64,000 nt of DNA. It comes from a candidate division TM6 bacterium GW2011_GWF2_28_16 (GTDB lineage Bacteria; Patescibacteriota; Microgenomatia; UBA1400; PJMF01). Below, one piece after another: positions 17,375-27,300 of the stretch. Location: NCBI GenBank assembly GCA_001029715.1, contig CP011212.1, positions 195,407 to 259,406 on the forward strand, written 5' to 3'. The notes beneath the pieces are model-generated. The model searched no databases. It worked only from the letters and a program-made list of their open reading frames with translations, and was not told the DNA's origin. Position 1 is the stretch's first letter, and every line of letters begins with the position of its first letter. A program made the position numbers and the translations under genes.

Positions 17375-19279
17375 ATGTCAGATTTATCTTTTGTTCGTCA
17401 ACAATATTTGAACTATTTTAAGAGTTTGGATCATAAGATTGTGCCTTCAGCTCCTCTGGTTCCTGAAAATGATCCAAGTACTTTATTCACTAGTGCTGGC
17501 ATGCAGTCGATGATCCCTTATTTTTTTGGTGCGGCTCATCCTGAGGGTAAAAGAGTTGCCAATTCGCAAAAATGTTTCAGAGCTGATGACATTGAAGAAG
17601 TTGGCGATAATCGTCACACTACTTTTTTTGAAATGTTAGGTAATTGGTCTTTTGGAGATTATTTCAAAAAAGAACAGATTACTTTTGTTTTTAATTTTTT
17701 AGTCAAAGAACTAAAACTTGACCCAAAAAAGCTTTATGTATCCTGTTTTTCTGGTAATAAAGAATTAGGAATTGAGCGTGATAATGAAGCCGCTGAGCTT
17801 TGGCAGGAACTTTTTCAGAGCGTTGGAGTAGAGGCTAAAATTATTGACAATCCAGAGGAAGCTGGTTTGCAAGATGGAAAAATTTATTTTTACGGTGAGA
17901 AAAAAAATTGGTGGTCACGTTCTGGTGTGCCGGTCAACATGCCAGTTGGTGAACCGGGTGGACCAGACAGTGAGATTTTTTATGATTTTGGTGAGCAAGA
18001 TAGTGATCTAGCCAGAGCAATGCACGCTGAGAATCCTTGTCACATTAATTGCGATTGTGGCAGATTTTTGGAAATTGGTAATTCTGTTTTTATGCAGTAT
18101 CAAAAAACCAATTCTGGTTTTGTGCCACTCGCTCAAGCAAATATTGATTTCGGTGGCGGTTTAGGAAGAATTTTAGCAGCTTATCAGAATCAGCCGGATG
18201 TTTTTAAAACAGACGCCTTTTTACCTTTGATTGAAAAAATCCAATCTTTTACAAGTTTTAGTTACGACGATCAAGATAAACAAAAATATTTCCGAGTTAT
18301 TGCTGACCACATGAAAGCAGCAGTCATGTTGATGTCTGATGGAGTTTTTCCCTCAAGTAAAGAGCAGGGATATGTTTTGCGTCGTCTACTGCGTCGTGCT
18401 TTGCGCCAAGCCGCTTATTTAGAGATCAAACAGGAAACTTTAGTAGAATTAGTGCCAAGCGTAGTTGAGATCTATGCAGATTTTTATCCACAGCTTAAAG
18501 AACAACAGGCAAAAATTAGCCAAGTTTTAGCTGATGAGCAAAAGAAATTCAGTAGAAGTTTAAGTAAAGGTTTAAAAGAGTTTGAAAAAATGCTGGCTCA
18601 AAAAAGCCTTTTTACGGCTGAAATTGCCTTTTATTTATACGAAAGTTTTGGTTTTCCTTTTGAGCTTTCTCTCGAAGAGGCAAAGAATCGATCGCTGCAA
18701 ATAGAAGAAAAAATCGAAGAAAAATATCAATCCAAAAAAACTTTTCATTCGCTTAACTCCAAACAAGGTAGTCAAGCTCAGTTCAAGAGTGGTTTGGCTG
18801 ATCAAGGAGAAATGACCACTAAGTATCACACCGTCACTCATTTACTTCATGCTGCTTTACGTCAAGTTCTTGGTGACAGCGTGGAGCAAAAAGGTTCCAA
18901 TATTACTGCCGAGCGTTTGCGTTTTGACTTTTCTCATCCAAAAGCTTTAACCGCAGTAGAAAAAGCCAATGTGGAGTCTTTAATTAATGAGTGGATCAAG
19001 GCTGATTTTGAAGTTGATAAGCAGATTATGCCAAAGAGTGAGGCTCTGAAAACTGGCGCTGTTGCTTTATTTATTGATAAATATCCAGATATAGTCAATG
19101 TTTATTCAATTGGTAAAAATCCATCAGGCAATAAAAAAGGCGAAGATTTCATCTCTCGCGAGCTTTGTTCTGGTCCACATGTCGAGAGAACTGGGGTTAT
19201 TGGAGAGATCACTCTGACCAAGGAAAAAGCGGTTGCCGATGGGATCAGAAGAATATACGCTCTTCAAAAAAGCGCTTAA
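17375..19279 (+). CDS. alaS: alanine--tRNA ligase, shortened form lacking C-Ala domain
   Basis: Class II catalytic core (FTSAGMQ, RADDIEEVG, WSFGDYF) and editing HxxxH (HTVTHLLH). Only 634 aa. Confidence 0.85.
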   Translation: MSDLSFVRQQYLNYFKSLDHKIVPSAPLVPENDPSTLFTSAGMQSMIPYFFGAAHPEGKRVANSQKCFRADDIEEVGDNRHTTFFEMLGNWSFGDYFKKEQITFVFNFLVKELKLDPKKLYVSCFSGNKELGIERDNEAAELWQELFQSVGVEAKIIDNPEEAGLQDGKIYFYGEKKNWWSRSGVPVNMPVGEPGGPDSEIFYDFGEQDSDLARAMHAENPCHINCDCGRFLEIGNSVFMQYQKTNSGFVPLAQANIDFGGGLGRILAAYQNQPDVFKTDAFLPLIEKIQSFTSFSYDDQDKQKYFRVIADHMKAAVMLMSDGVFPSSKEQGYVLRRLLRRALRQAAYLEIKQETLVELVPSVVEIYADFYPQLKEQQAKISQVLADEQKKFSRSLSKGLKEFEKMLAQKSLFTAEIAFYLYESFGFPFELSLEEAKNRSLQIEEKIEEKYQSKKTFHSLNSKQGSQAQFKSGLADQGEMTTKYHTVTHLLHAALRQVLGDSVEQKGSNITAERLRFDFSHPKALTAVEKANVESLINEWIKADFEVDKQIMPKSEALKTGAVALFIDKYPDIVNVYSIGKNPSGNKKGEDFISRELCSGPHVERTGVIGEITLTKEKAVADGIRRIYALQKSA

Positions 19280-19294
19280 TTTTGCTTTAATGGA

Positions 19295-19458
19295 ATAGAG
19301 TTCTGTACTTTAATACAGTCACGCTTCACTAAAATTGTTTGTTATTTAAATTAACAATCTTCTTTTCGCTCAGTGAAGTCGCTGTTTATTGAATAAGTGC
19401 CAACTCACGCTAATTAATCAGCTCCTTCAATGGACTGTATTAAAGTACAGAACTCTAT
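19295..19458. repeat. 164-bp structured element with 26-bp perfect terminal inverted repeats (copy 1)
   Basis: ATAGAGTTCTGTACTTTAATACAGTC at 19295-19320 is the exact reverse complement of 19433-19458. The core is ~80% identical to the reverse complement of 52114-52260. Confidence 0.7.
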
Positions 19459-19477
19459 ATAATAAAAACTAAACGTT

Positions 19478-21697
19478 ATGCCCGACCAAGAGAAACATTA
19501 TTTTCTTACTGTTTTGTTGACTGATAAGTTTTTGCAATCATCTTTGGTTTCAAATAATGGTCAAGGTATTCAGATCAAAGAATTTTCAGAAATTAAGGCT
19601 TATTTCGATCGTAAAGATTTACTAGAGCAACTAGATAAAAGTTTGCAGCAGCTGGGTCCAGATTCTCAAGATGTAGTGGAAACTGTTTTTGCTTTTGATA
19701 ACACTTGGCTAGAAGATAAAGATCTAAGCGATACAAAGAAGCCTATCGTTAAGGAAATTTCTGAAGAATTAAGCTTAGATGCCATTGGACAATTTAGTAT
19801 TTCGGAAGCTATGGCTGAAGCTCGTTTAATTGGAGATGAGGGTGATTCTTGTCTTTTACTGATTTTCAAAGAAGATAGTTTTGATCTTATTTTTCTCAAA
19901 CATGGACAATTCTTAGATTTAATCACAGTTGGTCGCTCTGGAAATATAGTAAATGACTTCAATGAAGTTTTAGCCAGAGCATCTAAACATTTAGGTCAAG
20001 AAGGCAAATACTTTCCAAATAAAATTTTAATGACTTCTATTGCCCTTAAGCAAAAAGAGTTGGAGTCTTTACACGATCAATTAGTCAAAGAAGATTGGAC
20101 AAATAATCCTGGTTTCACTCAAGCTCCAAATATTGTTGTTTTGGAGGCTGATTATATGATCAAATCAGTAAGTTTGAGTGCTGGGAAAATTTTCACTAAA
20201 GAAAATTTTCTAGCTAAAATGCCAAACGCTGGCGAGCAAAGAATTGATACATCAAGGCAAGAGATAAAGCCAGAGCCAGAAAAAGAAATTGAGCCAGATT
20301 TATCATTAGAACAGGTTGAGGAATTGAAACCAGTTGGACCAACTATCGAGCCAATTAAAAATCAAATAAATGAAGATTATGCAGTTGAAAAGCCAAGCGC
20401 TAGTAGTTTTGGGATTAAATTCGATCAGAATTATTTTTCTAAAGACAAAGAGAAGGCTGTAATGCAAGATCAAGATTTCCAAAGAATCGAAGAAACAAAA
20501 AATCAGTCTAAAAAGAAACGTTCTCCTTTGGCTAGATTTTATCTAGCTCACAAGAAAATGATTTTACTTGGCTTTGCTGCCGGTTTATTAGCTGTTCTAT
20601 TAATTTTTACTATTTTTTCTTTTTTCTTTTCTAAGGTTAAAGTTATTTTAACTCCTGAACAAACCTTACTCCAAAAAAATGTTGCCATTGTTCTGGATCC
20701 GAATATTGAAGATTCTGATTTTAGTAAAGCACTTTTAAAAGCTTCTTTAGAAGATAAAGAGATTAGCGGTCAAGATGTTACTGCCACTACTGGTATTGGT
20801 TTGGTAGGTGATAAAGCAAAAGGTAAAGTTGCTATTTATAATAAAACTTCTGAAGAAACTGAACTAAATAGTGGAACGATTATTAGTAGTGAAGGAATTA
20901 AATTTTTACTTGATGAGACAGTTAAGGTTCCTGCTGCTACCGAAAAAGATGGTGGTTCTGGTGTAGATTACGGCAAAATTGAAGTAGCGGTTACAGCCAA
21001 TGATATTGGCTCAGAAGCTAATCTCAATAAAGATACCAAGTTTCGCGTGGCTGATTACTTTGATGATAAGTTTTCTGCTACTGCGACCGACACTTTCTCT
21101 GGTGGTTCTAGTCGAGAAGTTAGAGTTGTAGCAGAAGTTGATCAAAGTCGTTTGCTTGCTAGTTTGAGTGAAAAATTAGTAATCGAAGCAAGTAAAGAAC
21201 TTGAAGAAGAATCTAAAGATGGCGTCCATTTAGTTCCCACTAGTAAGACTACTGTAACAAAGAGCGATTTTTCTGCCAAAGTTGGAGATGAAACAGAGTC
21301 ATTGAGTCTGGATCTCAGCTTGGAAGTTGAAGCAGTCAAATATCTTTCTTCAGATCTTAAGCAATTAGCATTGGCGATTCTTAAAGAAGATTTGCCAGAT
21401 GGTTATGCTTTTATCGACCAAGATCCATCTTTATTAAGTGATAAAGCCCAAGTGGCATCAGGATCAAGTAAGATTAAATTAAATGCTGACTTAAGTGCTA
21501 AAGCTGTGGCTAGTTTAAAATTAGACGAGCTAAAAAAAGAAGTTTTAGGTCAGCAGTGGTCTGAAGTAATTAAGAACTTAGAAGATAAAAGTGAGATTAA
21601 GCAGGTTCAGGTAATTTACAATCCGCCTTTTTTGAATGGCATTTTACGTAAGTTGCCAAGTGATCAGTCCAGAATTACCGTAGAACTGAGTAAGTAA
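19478..21697 (+). CDS. large bitopic membrane protein, function unknown, adjacent to sortase
   Basis: 739 aa with a single central TM (ILLGFAAGLLAVLLIFTIFSFFF) separating two roughly 350-aa domains. Confidence 0.5.
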   Translation: MPDQEKHYFLTVLLTDKFLQSSLVSNNGQGIQIKEFSEIKAYFDRKDLLEQLDKSLQQLGPDSQDVVETVFAFDNTWLEDKDLSDTKKPIVKEISEELSLDAIGQFSISEAMAEARLIGDEGDSCLLLIFKEDSFDLIFLKHGQFLDLITVGRSGNIVNDFNEVLARASKHLGQEGKYFPNKILMTSIALKQKELESLHDQLVKEDWTNNPGFTQAPNIVVLEADYMIKSVSLSAGKIFTKENFLAKMPNAGEQRIDTSRQEIKPEPEKEIEPDLSLEQVEELKPVGPTIEPIKNQINEDYAVEKPSASSFGIKFDQNYFSKDKEKAVMQDQDFQRIEETKNQSKKKRSPLARFYLAHKKMILLGFAAGLLAVLLIFTIFSFFFSKVKVILTPEQTLLQKNVAIVLDPNIEDSDFSKALLKASLEDKEISGQDVTATTGIGLVGDKAKGKVAIYNKTSEETELNSGTIISSEGIKFLLDETVKVPAATEKDGGSGVDYGKIEVAVTANDIGSEANLNKDTKFRVADYFDDKFSATATDTFSGGSSREVRVVAEVDQSRLLASLSEKLVIEASKELEEESKDGVHLVPTSKTTVTKSDFSAKVGDETESLSLDLSLEVEAVKYLSSDLKQLALAILKEDLPDGYAFIDQDPSLLSDKAQVASGSSKIKLNADLSAKAVASLKLDELKKEVLGQQWSEVIKNLEDKSEIKQVQVIYNPPFLNGILRKLPSDQSRITVELSK

Positions 21698-21702
21698 TCT
21701 CT

Positions 21703-22644
21703 ATGTCAAAAAATTTCAAAATAAATAAGCAAGAGTTGCTAGGGGTTTACAGGCAAGCTCTCTTAAAGAATGTTTCTTTGGATGAGTTAGATAATAAATT
21801 TTCTGATTTTATTAAGCGTGACGCAGCTAATAAAAATTTTGAAAAAGAGCTGGATAAAAAAATTGAATCTAAATTTTGGCAGCGCATCCCACAGTATATT
21901 AAGGTTGGCGCTGCCGCAATGCCATTAATTCTAATTATCATAGGGATTGTTTTAGCTGGTAGCGCTGCTTGGCCAATTATTAGTCAAGTTTTAACTAAAA
22001 ATGATCAAAAGGCAAGTGAACTATTGTCTCCTCTGTCTAAAACTCAAATAGCAAATTCCAATAACTTAGTTTTTGCCAAATCTAGTTTAATCGATGAAAA
22101 TGAAGTAGCTCCAGTTTTAGATGAGCCAATTATTTTAGATTACAATCTCGATTACACTGACTTAAGTAATTGGTTTGATGAGCAAAGTTCTGCTTTTTCA
22201 GATGTTGATTATCAGGCTGAAGAATATCGTCTTGATATTCCAGCAGTGAATGTCAGCAATGCCAAGGTTAAAGTTGGTGGTACAGATCTCAATAAAAGCT
22301 TAATTCAATATCCTGGCACCGCTCTTCCTGGTCAGCCTGGTGCCCCAGTGATTTTTGGTCATTCTGTTTTGCGTCAGTTTTATAATCCTAGTGAAAAGAA
22401 TTCTCGTCGCTACACTTCTATTTTTAGCAAAATTATGACTCTCAAAAATGGAGATATGATTTATTTGACTTATAATAACGCCAAATATACTTATCAGGTG
22501 CAAAGCAATACCGAGGTGAAGCCAACTGATACTTTTATTTTGGCGCAACGCTATGATGCTCGTCAACTTAAGTTAGTCACTTGTGTTCCAGAGGGAACGG
22601 TTCTACGTCGAGGAGTGGTAATAGCACAGCTAATAAAAGAATAA
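21703..22644 (+). CDS. sortase family transpeptidase
   Basis: N-terminal TM anchor, catalytic His in VIFGHS, the LVTCVP Cys motif, and a downstream Arg. Confidence 0.7.
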   Translation: MSKNFKINKQELLGVYRQALLKNVSLDELDNKFSDFIKRDAANKNFEKELDKKIESKFWQRIPQYIKVGAAAMPLILIIIGIVLAGSAAWPIISQVLTKNDQKASELLSPLSKTQIANSNNLVFAKSSLIDENEVAPVLDEPIILDYNLDYTDLSNWFDEQSSAFSDVDYQAEEYRLDIPAVNVSNAKVKVGGTDLNKSLIQYPGTALPGQPGAPVIFGHSVLRQFYNPSEKNSRRYTSIFSKIMTLKNGDMIYLTYNNAKYTYQVQSNTEVKPTDTFILAQRYDARQLKLVTCVPEGTVLRRGVVIAQLIKE

Positions 22645-22645
22645 T

Positions 22646-23059
22646 ATGAAAAAATTTCTAGGAATTGATTATGGAACTAGGAGAATTGGATTAGCCTTCA
22701 ATGTGGCTAGTTTAGCTGAACCTTTTTTGGTTATTGCTAATAAAACTAGTGAAGAGAATCCAATAGCTAACGAAGAAGTCCTATCTAAAATAGCTAACAT
22801 TTGTCAAGAAAAAGCCATTAATGAGATTGTTCTAGGTATTTCGGAAGCGCAAATGGCTTTGAAAATTAAAGATTTTGCTGTTCTCCTTGAGAAAAAGACT
22901 TCTCTTCCAGTAAACATGATTGATGAAACTCTTTCTTCCTATGAAGTGGGCAGAAGAATGAAAGAAGCTGGTTTTAGCTTGAAAAAGCGTCAAGGTCAAA
23001 TTGATCATTACAGTGCTGCCCTGATCTTAGAAGATTTCCTTGAGAATTTGCCTCTATAA
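22646..23059 (+). CDS. ruvX: Holliday junction resolvase-like RuvX/YqgF
   Basis: FLGIDYGTRRIGLA N-terminal signature. Confidence 0.8.
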   Translation: MKKFLGIDYGTRRIGLAFNVASLAEPFLVIANKTSEENPIANEEVLSKIANICQEKAINEIVLGISEAQMALKIKDFAVLLEKKTSLPVNMIDETLSSYEVGRRMKEAGFSLKKRQGQIDHYSAALILEDFLENLPL

Positions 23060-23111
23060 AATTTCCTTCCAAACTATTTTTATGCTACACTTATTGCTTC
23101 AAACTTAAAAT

Positions 23112-24092
23112 ATGTTTAAAAAATTGCCAAAACTTTTCTTTTTACTTATTTCTTCACTAATTGTTTTAATTTCTTTGTTTTTTGCATTCGCTAGCTTTTT
23201 TCAGGCTAAATCAAATGTTAGTCAGCAAAGTATTCGTTTTGTAATTCCCAAAGGACAGGCTTTGTCGATCATTGCTTCCAGATTAGAAGAGGCAGATTTG
23301 ATTAAAAGCAAATGGGCTTTTCGTTTTGCAGTTTATAAAAATGACTTGACTAATAAAATTCAAGCCGGCAGTTTTGAGCTTTCATCCGACATGAATACTT
23401 GGGAAATTGCTCACGCTTTGACTGTTGGCACAGATGATACCTGGATAACTCTTCCAGAAGGTTGGCGTTTAGAAGAAATTGCGGAAAGTTTGAGTAAGCA
23501 GGGCTTAGAGAATTTTAATCAAACAGAATTTTTAAATTTAAGTAAAGGTTTGGAAGGGCAATTGTTTCCTGATACGTATTTAGTGCCAAGAGAAATTACC
23601 ACCACCACACTTTTATCTTTACTAAAAAACACTTTTGCTAGTAAAGTCAGCTCTGGGCTTAGTAAAGAAATTTCTTCAAGTAAAATGAGTCTGAACGAAG
23701 TTTTAACCTTAGCCTCTTTAGTTCAAAGAGAAAGTGCTAACGATGGAGAAATGCCACTTGTGGCACAGATTTTACTCAATCGTCTCGATATAAATATGCC
23801 TTTGCAAGTTGATGCAACACTACAATATGTTAAGGGTTATAGCAAAACCGAACTTTCTTGGTGGCAAACTCCTTTAGCTGAGGATAAGAAATTGGATTCA
23901 CTTTACAATACTTATAAAAACGCAGGTCTTCCTCCTGGACCAATTTGCAATCCAGGCTTAGCAGCGATCAAAGCGGCTTTAAATCCAGGTCAAACTCAGG
24001 CGCTCTATTATATTCATGATAATAGCGGTAAAATTCATACTGCTATTACTTTGGAGGAACATAATACTAACGTAAATAAATACTTGCGCTAG
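23112..24092 (+). CDS. mltG: endolytic murein transglycosylase MltG (YceG-like)
   Basis: N-terminal TM plus YceG motifs (QAGSFEL, LPEGWR, SLVQRE). Confidence 0.8.
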   Translation: MFKKLPKLFFLLISSLIVLISLFFAFASFFQAKSNVSQQSIRFVIPKGQALSIIASRLEEADLIKSKWAFRFAVYKNDLTNKIQAGSFELSSDMNTWEIAHALTVGTDDTWITLPEGWRLEEIAESLSKQGLENFNQTEFLNLSKGLEGQLFPDTYLVPREITTTTLLSLLKNTFASKVSSGLSKEISSSKMSLNEVLTLASLVQRESANDGEMPLVAQILLNRLDINMPLQVDATLQYVKGYSKTELSWWQTPLAEDKKLDSLYNTYKNAGLPPGPICNPGLAAIKAALNPGQTQALYYIHDNSGKIHTAITLEEHNTNVNKYLR

Positions 24093-24210
24093 AGATTATT
24101 TGTTGCTATAATAGCAAATTGTCTAAAAGGGACTGAGTAGAAAACTAGCAGAAAAAACAAAGATTGGTGACTTTAGTTTTTATAAAACAACTAAGCAAGT
24201 AGTTTGGTTC

Positions 24211-24244
24211 ACACAGCGTTATCGAGCATAAGCTGTGTTTTTTT
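24211..24244 (+). terminator. hairpin plus T-run in the mltG-rpoB intergenic region (terminator or attenuator)
   Basis: CACAGC..GCTGTG stem followed by TTTTTTT. Confidence 0.5.
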
Positions 24245-24336
24245 GCTTTGTTAATCTTTGTTTATTTTTACTTTGTTCCTTTTAAAAATCAAGTAGCAAG
24301 AAGAAATAGTTACACTAAAACTAAAAAGGAATTTTC

Positions 24337-27300
24337 ATGCCACAAAAAGCACGTCGTCAAAATTGGGGTCAAAAGCACCAGATTTTGCCAATCTTAGATC
24401 TTATTCAACTCCAAAGTGAGAGTTACAAGGATTTCTTAGAAAATGGCATTGCGGTTGCTCTCAAAGAAGTTAACGGCGACAAAGGCATTGAAGATTTTAC
24501 CGGTAAAAATTGGTCCCTAACTTTTGGCAAATATCGTTTTGGTGAAGTTAAATACAGTCCAGCTCAAGCCAAATCAAAAAATGTTTCCTATGACATGCCT
24601 TTATACGTTGAAGCCACTCTTCTTAATAAGAGAACTGGTGAGGAACGTACTCAAGAAGTTTTCTTAGGTGATATTCCAAAGATGACCGCTACTGGCAATT
24701 TTATTGTCAATGGTATCGAAAGAGGAATCGTTACTCAGTTAGTTAGATCTCCTGGTGTTTTCTTTTTGGGTGAAGAAGATTCAGCTAGTAAGCAATTACT
24801 TTATAAAACCGAACTTCGTCCAATGCGTGGTTCTTGGTTAGAGGTAACTGTCAGTCGTCGTAATGTAATCACTGTCAAAATTGATCGTCGTCGTAAGATG
24901 CCTGTGACTGTTTTACTTAGAGCTTTTGGTTATGAAAGCAATGATGATATTGCTGCTCTTTTTGAAGATGTGCTCAAAAAAGACAAATTAGATTTACTAA
25001 ACAATACTCTCAAAAAAGATTCCACTACCAATCAAGCTGAAGCTTTGATTGAAATTTATGAAAAGATGAGACCTGGTGAACCAGCTGTGCTCGAAACAGC
25101 TCGTGAATTTTTAAATCACATGTTTTTCGACGATCGTCGTTATGATCTCGGTGAAGTTGGTCGTTACAAAGTTAATCGTCGTTTAAAAATTGATGTTGAT
25201 AAGAAAAAAACCATTTTAGATCCTCAAGATCTGGTGGCTGCTATTGGCTACTTAATTGCGCTACAAAATGGTGAAGGTAAAGTCGATGATATTGACCATC
25301 TATCTAACCGTCGTGTTCGTCGTGTTGGCGAATTGGTTGCAGGCAATGCTTTCCGTATTGGCTTAATTCGTTTAGAGAGATCTATCCGTGAAAAAATGTC
25401 TTTAACTAAAACTGATGAAATTTTAACTCCATCAGCTTTAGTTAATGCTAGACCATTAATTGCTGCTGTTTCTGAATTTTTCCGTCGCAATCGTTTATCT
25501 GCAATTTTAGATCAAACTAATCCTTTATCTGAAGTCGATAACTTGCGTCGTTTATCCGTGATGGGAACTGGCGGTGTGACTCGCGAACGTGCTAGTTTCT
25601 CTATGCGTGACATTAATGCTTCCCAATATTCTCGTATTTGTCCAATTCGCTCACCAGAGGGTCCAAATATTGGTTTGGTGACTTACTTGTCACTTTATAC
25701 CAGAGTTAATGACTATGGTTTCTTAGAAGCTCCTTACCTTAAAGTTATCAACGTCAAAGGTAAGATGAAGATTACTGATGAGATCGTCTATTTAAGTGCT
25801 GATGAAGAAGAAGATTATCACATTACTCACGCTAGTATTGGCATTAGCGATGATGGCTACATTACCGAAGAGTGGATTCCAATGCGTTATAGAAATGAAT
25901 TCATTGAAAGTAGCGTTGAAGAAGTTGAATATATTGACGTTGTTCCAAGACAAGTGGTTGGTAGTTCTGCTTCATTAATTCCTTTTATTGCTCATGATGA
26001 AGCTAACCGTGCTTTGATGGGTTCTCATATGCAATGTCAGGCTGTGCCTTTAGTTAAAGCACAGGCTCCTGTGATTGGTACTGGTATGGAAGCAGAAATT
26101 GCTGCCGCCATGGGTCGTACCATCTTAGCTCCATTTGATGGTGTTATTGAATATGTAGACAGTAGTAAAGTTATTCTTAAATTAGATAAGAAACTTCATG
26201 AGAAAGCTAAAACTTTTGTAGAAGTCAGCAATAATGAATTAATTGAATTCAATAAAGGTTCAATTGAATACAAGCTGTCTAAATATGTTAGAACTTCGCA
26301 AAGTACCTGTTTCTCTCAAAAAGCTGTCGTTAAATTTGGCCAAGAAGTCAAAAAAGGCGACGTCTTAATTGATGGTCCAGCTACTGATCAAGGAGAATTG
26401 GCTCTAGGTACCAACTTATTAATTGCTTACACCTCATTTAATGGTTTAGGCTATGAAGATGCTTTGGTTATTTCAGATCGTTTAGTTAAAGAAGATGCTT
26501 TAACTTCTATCCAAATCAGTGAACATAAAGCTAAAGTCATGGACACTCGCTTAGGACCTGAGGAATTGACTAATGATATTCCAAATGTTAGCGAAACTTT
26601 CTTAGCTAATCTGACTGTTGATGGCATCATCCGTATTGGTAGTCACGTTAAATCAGGCGATATCTTAGTTGGTAAAGTTGCTCCAAAAGGTGAAACTGAA
26701 CTTTCTCCAGAAGAGCGTTTGCTCAGAGCTATCTTTGGTGAAAAATCCAAAGAAGTGCGCGATACTTCGCTTAGAATTCCTCATGGTGAAGAAGGTGTGG
26801 TTATTGATGTACAAATCTTAGATCGTGATTTAGGCGATGAGCTAGATCCAGGTACAATCAGAGAAGTAATCGTCAAGATTGCTGAAATGAGAAAAATCAC
26901 CGTTGGTGATAAGCTCGCTGGTCGCCATGGTAATAAAGGTGTTATTTCTAAGATTGTTCCAGCTGCTGATATGCCTCATTTAGAAGATGGCACTGCAGTG
27001 GATATTATCATTTCACCTCTTTCTGTTTTGGCTCGTATGAACCTTGGTCAGCTGCTCGAAACCCATTTGGGTTGGGCTGCCGATAAGTTGGGCTACAAAG
27101 TAGCTGTACCAGCTTTTGAAGAATTCAATGAAGATAAAATTTGGAATGAGCTAGAAAAAGCAGGCTTGCCAGTTTCTGGTAAAGCACAGCTTTACAATGG
27201 CTACACAGGTGAAGCTTACCGTGAGAAATCAGTGGTTGGTATCAACTACATTCTCAAATTAAGTCACATGGTTGAGGATAAAACTCATGCTCGTTCAACT

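Noticed and set aside
19295-19458. Interpretation of the paired elements as MITEs
   Set aside because: Terminal inverted repeats differ between the two copies while the core is conserved, and no target-site duplications are evident. Only two copies are visible, so it is not fully excluded.
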